Source: Elusimicrobiota bacterium (lineage in GTDB: Bacteria > Elusimicrobiota > Elusimicrobia > UBA1565). Taken from it: 64,000 bases of DNA. The DNA lies in contig JBDRPD010000053.1 of the NCBI GenBank assembly GCA_043827405.1, forward strand, positions 64,001-128,000, given 5' to 3'. Under the pieces are notes generated by a model that saw only the letters and a list, made by a program, of their open reading frames with translations, was not told where the DNA came from and ran no database searches. Made by a program: the position numbers and the translations under genes. Below, in pieces: positions 60,664 through 64,000 of this stretch. Within the stretch, counting starts at the first letter, position 1. Every line of letters starts with the position of its first letter.

Positions 60664-61629
60664 ATGAGCACCCGTAAGTCGAAGCGGCCCAAAGTTGTGG
60701 TCATGGCGCTGGGCGGAAACGCCATCATCCAGCCCGGCCAAAAGGGAACGATCACCGAGCAGTTCGCCAACACCCGCACGGCGCTGGCCGGCGTGACCAG
60801 CCTGATCCGCATGGGCTATCGCGTCGTCATAACGCACGGCAACGGGCCGCAGGTAGGCAACCGCCTGCTGCAGTCCGAGGCCGCCTCGAAGAAGGTCCCC
60901 GACATGCCGCTGGGCGTCCTGGTGGCCGACAGCCAGGGCGGCATGGGCTATATGATCCAGCAGTCGCTGCAAAACCTGCTGTGGCGGCGCAGGATGAAGC
61001 GGCCGGTGGTGACCATGCTCACCCAGGTGCTGGTGGACCGCAAGGACCCGCGGCTGAAGAAGGCGACCAAGCCCATCGGGCCGTTCTTCAGCCCCCAGGA
61101 AGCGCGGCCGCTGATGCGCAAGAAGGGCTGGATCATGAAGGAAGACGCCGGACGCGGCTGGCGCCGCCTGGTCCCCTCGCCGATGCCGATCAAGATCGTG
61201 GAGCACCGGACCATCAAGCGCCTGATCAAGGCCGGCATCATCGTCATCGCCGCCGGCGGCGGCGGCATCCCGGTCGTGCTTGAGCCCAACGGCGACTTCG
61301 AAGGCGTCGACGTGGTGGTCGACAAGGACCTCGCCTCGACCATCCTGGCCATCAACGCCAAAGCCGAGACGCTGATCATTACCACCGGAGTCGACAAGGT
61401 CGCCCTGAACTACAACACTCCGCAGCAAATAGAGCTGGACCGCCTGACGGTGAAGGAGGCCAAGCGCTGCCTGCGGCAGGGGCACTTCCCCGCCGGCAGC
61501 ATGGGGCCGAAGATCGAGGCCTCCATCATGTTTCTGGAGAACGGCGGCAGCAACGTCATCATCACCTCGCCGGAAAAAGTGCTGGACGCCATCCGCGGCA
61601 AAGCGGGAACCCATATCGTGAGGAAATAA
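60664..61629 (+). CDS. arcC: Carbamate kinase
   Basis: ALGGNA, THGNGPQVG, KPIGPF, GGGGIPV, DKD, GSMGPK. Confidence 0.96.
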   Translation: MSTRKSKRPKVVVMALGGNAIIQPGQKGTITEQFANTRTALAGVTSLIRMGYRVVITHGNGPQVGNRLLQSEAASKKVPDMPLGVLVADSQGGMGYMIQQSLQNLLWRRRMKRPVVTMLTQVLVDRKDPRLKKATKPIGPFFSPQEARPLMRKKGWIMKEDAGRGWRRLVPSPMPIKIVEHRTIKRLIKAGIIVIAAGGGGIPVVLEPNGDFEGVDVVVDKDLASTILAINAKAETLIITTGVDKVALNYNTPQQIELDRLTVKEAKRCLRQGHFPAGSMGPKIEASIMFLENGGSNVIITSPEKVLDAIRGKAGTHIVRK

Positions 61630-61630
61630 C

Positions 61631-62863
61631 ATGAGCAAGACCCAGGATTATCTCGACAAGGACAAGAAGTACGGGGCGCAGAACTATGCCCCCCTGCCCG
61701 TCATTCTCGAGCGCGGCGAAGGCGTCTTCGTCTGGGACGTCGAAGGCAACCGCTACTTCGACATGCTCAGCGCCTACAGCGCGGTCAACCAGGGGCACAA
61801 CCATCCCAAGATCATCGCCGCCGCCAAGAAGCAGATGGACGTGCTGTGTCTGACCTCGCGCGCCTTTCACAACGACCGCATGCCGGACTTTCTGGAGAAG
61901 CTGTGCAAACTCTCCGGCAAGGAGAAAGCCCTGCTCATGAACACCGGCGCCGAGGGCATCGAGACCGCCATCAAGGCTATGCGCCGCTGGGGCTATGAGA
62001 TCAAAGGCGTGGAGAAGGATAAGGCGGAGATCATCGTCTGCCGGGAGAACTTCCACGGCCGCACCACCACTATCGTCGGCTTCTCCACCGATCCGGTCGC
62101 CTATGAGGGCTACGGCCCGACGACGCCGGGGTTCGTGATCATCCCTTTCGACGATCCGGACGCCCTGGAGAAAGCGGTCACCCCGAACACCGTGGGCTTT
62201 TTGGTCGAGCCGGTACAGGGCGAAGCCGGCGTGCGCGTCCCGGCCGAGGACTACCTCAAGAAGGTCCGCGATATCTGCACCCGGAACAAAGTGCTGCTGT
62301 GCGTCGATGAGATCCAGACCGGGCTCGGCCGCACCGGCAAGAACTTCTGCTTCCAGAACAGCGGCATCACGCCCGACCTGATCGTCATGGGCAAGGCGCT
62401 CTCGGGCGGCGTATATCCGATCTCCGCCGTGGTCGCCGACGCCGCGGTCATGGACGTGTTCAAGCCCGGCACCCACGGCAGCACCTACGGCGGCAACCCG
62501 CTGGCCGCCGCCATCGGCAGCGCCGCCATCGACGTCCTGCTCGAGGAAGACCTGCCGGAGAAGGCCATCGAGCTCGGCGCCTACTTCCGGGCCAAGCTCG
62601 ACACGCTCAAGAACGGCAAGGTCAAGGAGGTCCGCAGCAAGGGCATGCTTCTGGCCATCGAGTTCACCGAACCCATCGCCAAAAAGTTCTGCAAGAAGAT
62701 GATGGCCGGCGGCATCCTGGCCAAGGACACCCATGACGTCACGGTGCGCTTCGCCCCGCCCCTGGTCATCACCAAGGCGCAGATCGACGAAGCCTTCGCC
62801 GTGATCGAGAAAGCGTTTAAGGAGCTGTTCGCGGAAGGCGCCTGTTCCTGCTCCTGCGGCTGA
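61631..62863 (+). CDS. rocD: Ornithine--oxo-acid aminotransferase
   Basis: NYAPLP, SAYSAVNQGH, LTSRAF, EPVQGEAG, DEIQTG, GKALSGG, HGSTYGGNP. Confidence 0.93.
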   Translation: MSKTQDYLDKDKKYGAQNYAPLPVILERGEGVFVWDVEGNRYFDMLSAYSAVNQGHNHPKIIAAAKKQMDVLCLTSRAFHNDRMPDFLEKLCKLSGKEKALLMNTGAEGIETAIKAMRRWGYEIKGVEKDKAEIIVCRENFHGRTTTIVGFSTDPVAYEGYGPTTPGFVIIPFDDPDALEKAVTPNTVGFLVEPVQGEAGVRVPAEDYLKKVRDICTRNKVLLCVDEIQTGLGRTGKNFCFQNSGITPDLIVMGKALSGGVYPISAVVADAAVMDVFKPGTHGSTYGGNPLAAAIGSAAIDVLLEEDLPEKAIELGAYFRAKLDTLKNGKVKEVRSKGMLLAIEFTEPIAKKFCKKMMAGGILAKDTHDVTVRFAPPLVITKAQIDEAFAVIEKAFKELFAEGACSCSCG

Positions 62864-63793
62864 TCAGCCCGCGAGCAAGGTAATCAGCGCCTTCTGCGCG
62901 TGCAGGCGGTTTTCCGCCTCATCGAGCATGGCGCACTGCGGCCCGTAGGCCACGTCGTGCGTAATCTCCTCGCCGTAATGCGCGGGGAGACAGTGCAGGA
63001 CGATGGCGTCGGGCTTGGCGAGCTTCACCAGTTCGGCGTTCACCTGATAGCCGGCGAACTCCTGGCGGCGCTTCTCGGCCTCTTCTTCCTGCCCCATAGA
63101 CGCCCAGACATCGGTGTAGATCACGTCGGCGTCTTTGGCCGCCTCTTTGGGATCATCGAGCACGACCAGGCTGCCGCCGGTTTTCTTCCCCGTCTCTTCG
63201 GACCAGGCGCGCACCTCGTCGACCACTTTATAGCCGGAAGGCGAAGCCACCGCCACCTGCATGCCGAAGGGGATGCCGCCGAAGGCCAGCGAGTTGGCGC
63301 AGTTATTGCCGTCGCCGATAAAGGCCAGCTTCAAGCCGTCGAGCTTGCCCTTGCGCTCGATAATGGTCTGCATGTCCGCCAGCGCCTGGCAGGGATGCGC
63401 GAGGTCGCTGAGCCCGTTAATGACCGGGACGTCCGCGTACTTGGCCAAATCCTCGATGATCTTATGGCCGAAGACGCGCGCCATGATAATGTCGACCTGG
63501 CGCGACAGCACCTTGGCGATGTCCTCGGTGGTCTCGCGCTTGCCCAGGCCGATATCGGAAGGCCCGAGGTACATCGCCGCGCCGCCCATCTGGAACATGC
63601 CGGTCTCAAACGATACGCGCGTGCGCAGCGACGGCTTCTGGAAAATCATCGCCATCATCTTCCCCCGCATCGGCAGGGGACGCTCGCCGGCCTTGTAGGC
63701 CTTCTTCATGGCGGCCGCGGTATCCAGGATGTGCTGGATCTCATCTCGGGAAAAGTCCTTGAGCGTTGTCAGACTCCGGTTCTTAAGGTTCAT
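62864..63793 (-). CDS. argF: Ornithine carbamoyltransferase
   Basis: SLRTR, HPCQ, DGNN, YTDVWASMG, HCLP, AENR. Could act catabolically (ArcB). Confidence 0.94.
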   Translation of the reverse strand: MNLKNRSLTTLKDFSRDEIQHILDTAAAMKKAYKAGERPLPMRGKMMAMIFQKPSLRTRVSFETGMFQMGGAAMYLGPSDIGLGKRETTEDIAKVLSRQVDIIMARVFGHKIIEDLAKYADVPVINGLSDLAHPCQALADMQTIIERKGKLDGLKLAFIGDGNNCANSLAFGGIPFGMQVAVASPSGYKVVDEVRAWSEETGKKTGGSLVVLDDPKEAAKDADVIYTDVWASMGQEEEAEKRRQEFAGYQVNAELVKLAKPDAIVLHCLPAHYGEEITHDVAYGPQCAMLDEAENRLHAQKALITLLAG

Positions 63794-64000
63794 TTCGCTG
63801 TTGTCTCCTTGTAATCGTGAATGATTCGGACCACTTCGGGAATATCACGCTCTTGCACGCTGCCGAGCGCCAGGCGCAGCGCGCCCTCCTGCCCGGGTCC
63901 AAAGAAGCTGCCCGGCAGGAGGATGGTATTGCTTTTTTCGACGAATCCCCGGCCGACCTCCTCCGCCGTCGCGGGGAGGTCGAAATTCAGATAGACGAAA
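63790..64000 (-). CDS. Class I/II PLP-dependent aminotransferase, C-terminal part (truncated by window edge)
   Basis: Hand translation: FVYLNFD…ILLPGSFFG…LRLALG…KETTAK*, stop overlaps the argF ATG. Confidence 0.65.
   Translation of the reverse strand, partial: FVYLNFDLPATAEEVGRGFVEKSNTILLPGSFFGPGQEGALRLALGSVQERDIPEVVRIIHDYKETTAK

Overview
A GC-rich, gene-dense 64 kb bacterial window with about 50 CDS. No rRNA, tRNA, CRISPR array or intact mobile element was seen. The gene style (PorV-like gene paired with a CTD-bearing S8/FN3 protein, WD40-caspase giant protein, expanded membrane-anchored SGNH family) suggests an Elusimicrobiota-like anaerobe, but this is inference only. The main highlight is a compact operon at 24.4-30.6 kb: an ankyrin lipoprotein, one ORF fusing two di-heme cytochrome c peroxidase units (4 CxxCH), an AioA-like molybdoenzyme with IdrA-type signatures, and a Tat-exported Rieske subunit. 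This is most consistent with a rearranged iodate reductase (idrABP1P2) cluster with fused P1/P2. Other highlights: a hydrogenase-maturation operon with a Thermococcales-like HypA and an Mrp/MinD-type ATPase in place of GTPase HypB; a COG2403 P-loop enzyme next to carbamate kinase, ornithine aminotransferase and OTC, matching the energy-conserving arginine synthetase (ArcE) pathway; five paralogous SGNH proteins; a tandem double Ddl-like ligase coupled to a DmpA peptidase; a low-GC ORF6N insertion beside a truncated TlpA; and several non-coding elements (a perfect 27-bp AT-rich inverted repeat, 10-bp-phased CTGAC repeats, a structured leader). All functional calls come from motif recognition by eye; no searches were run.
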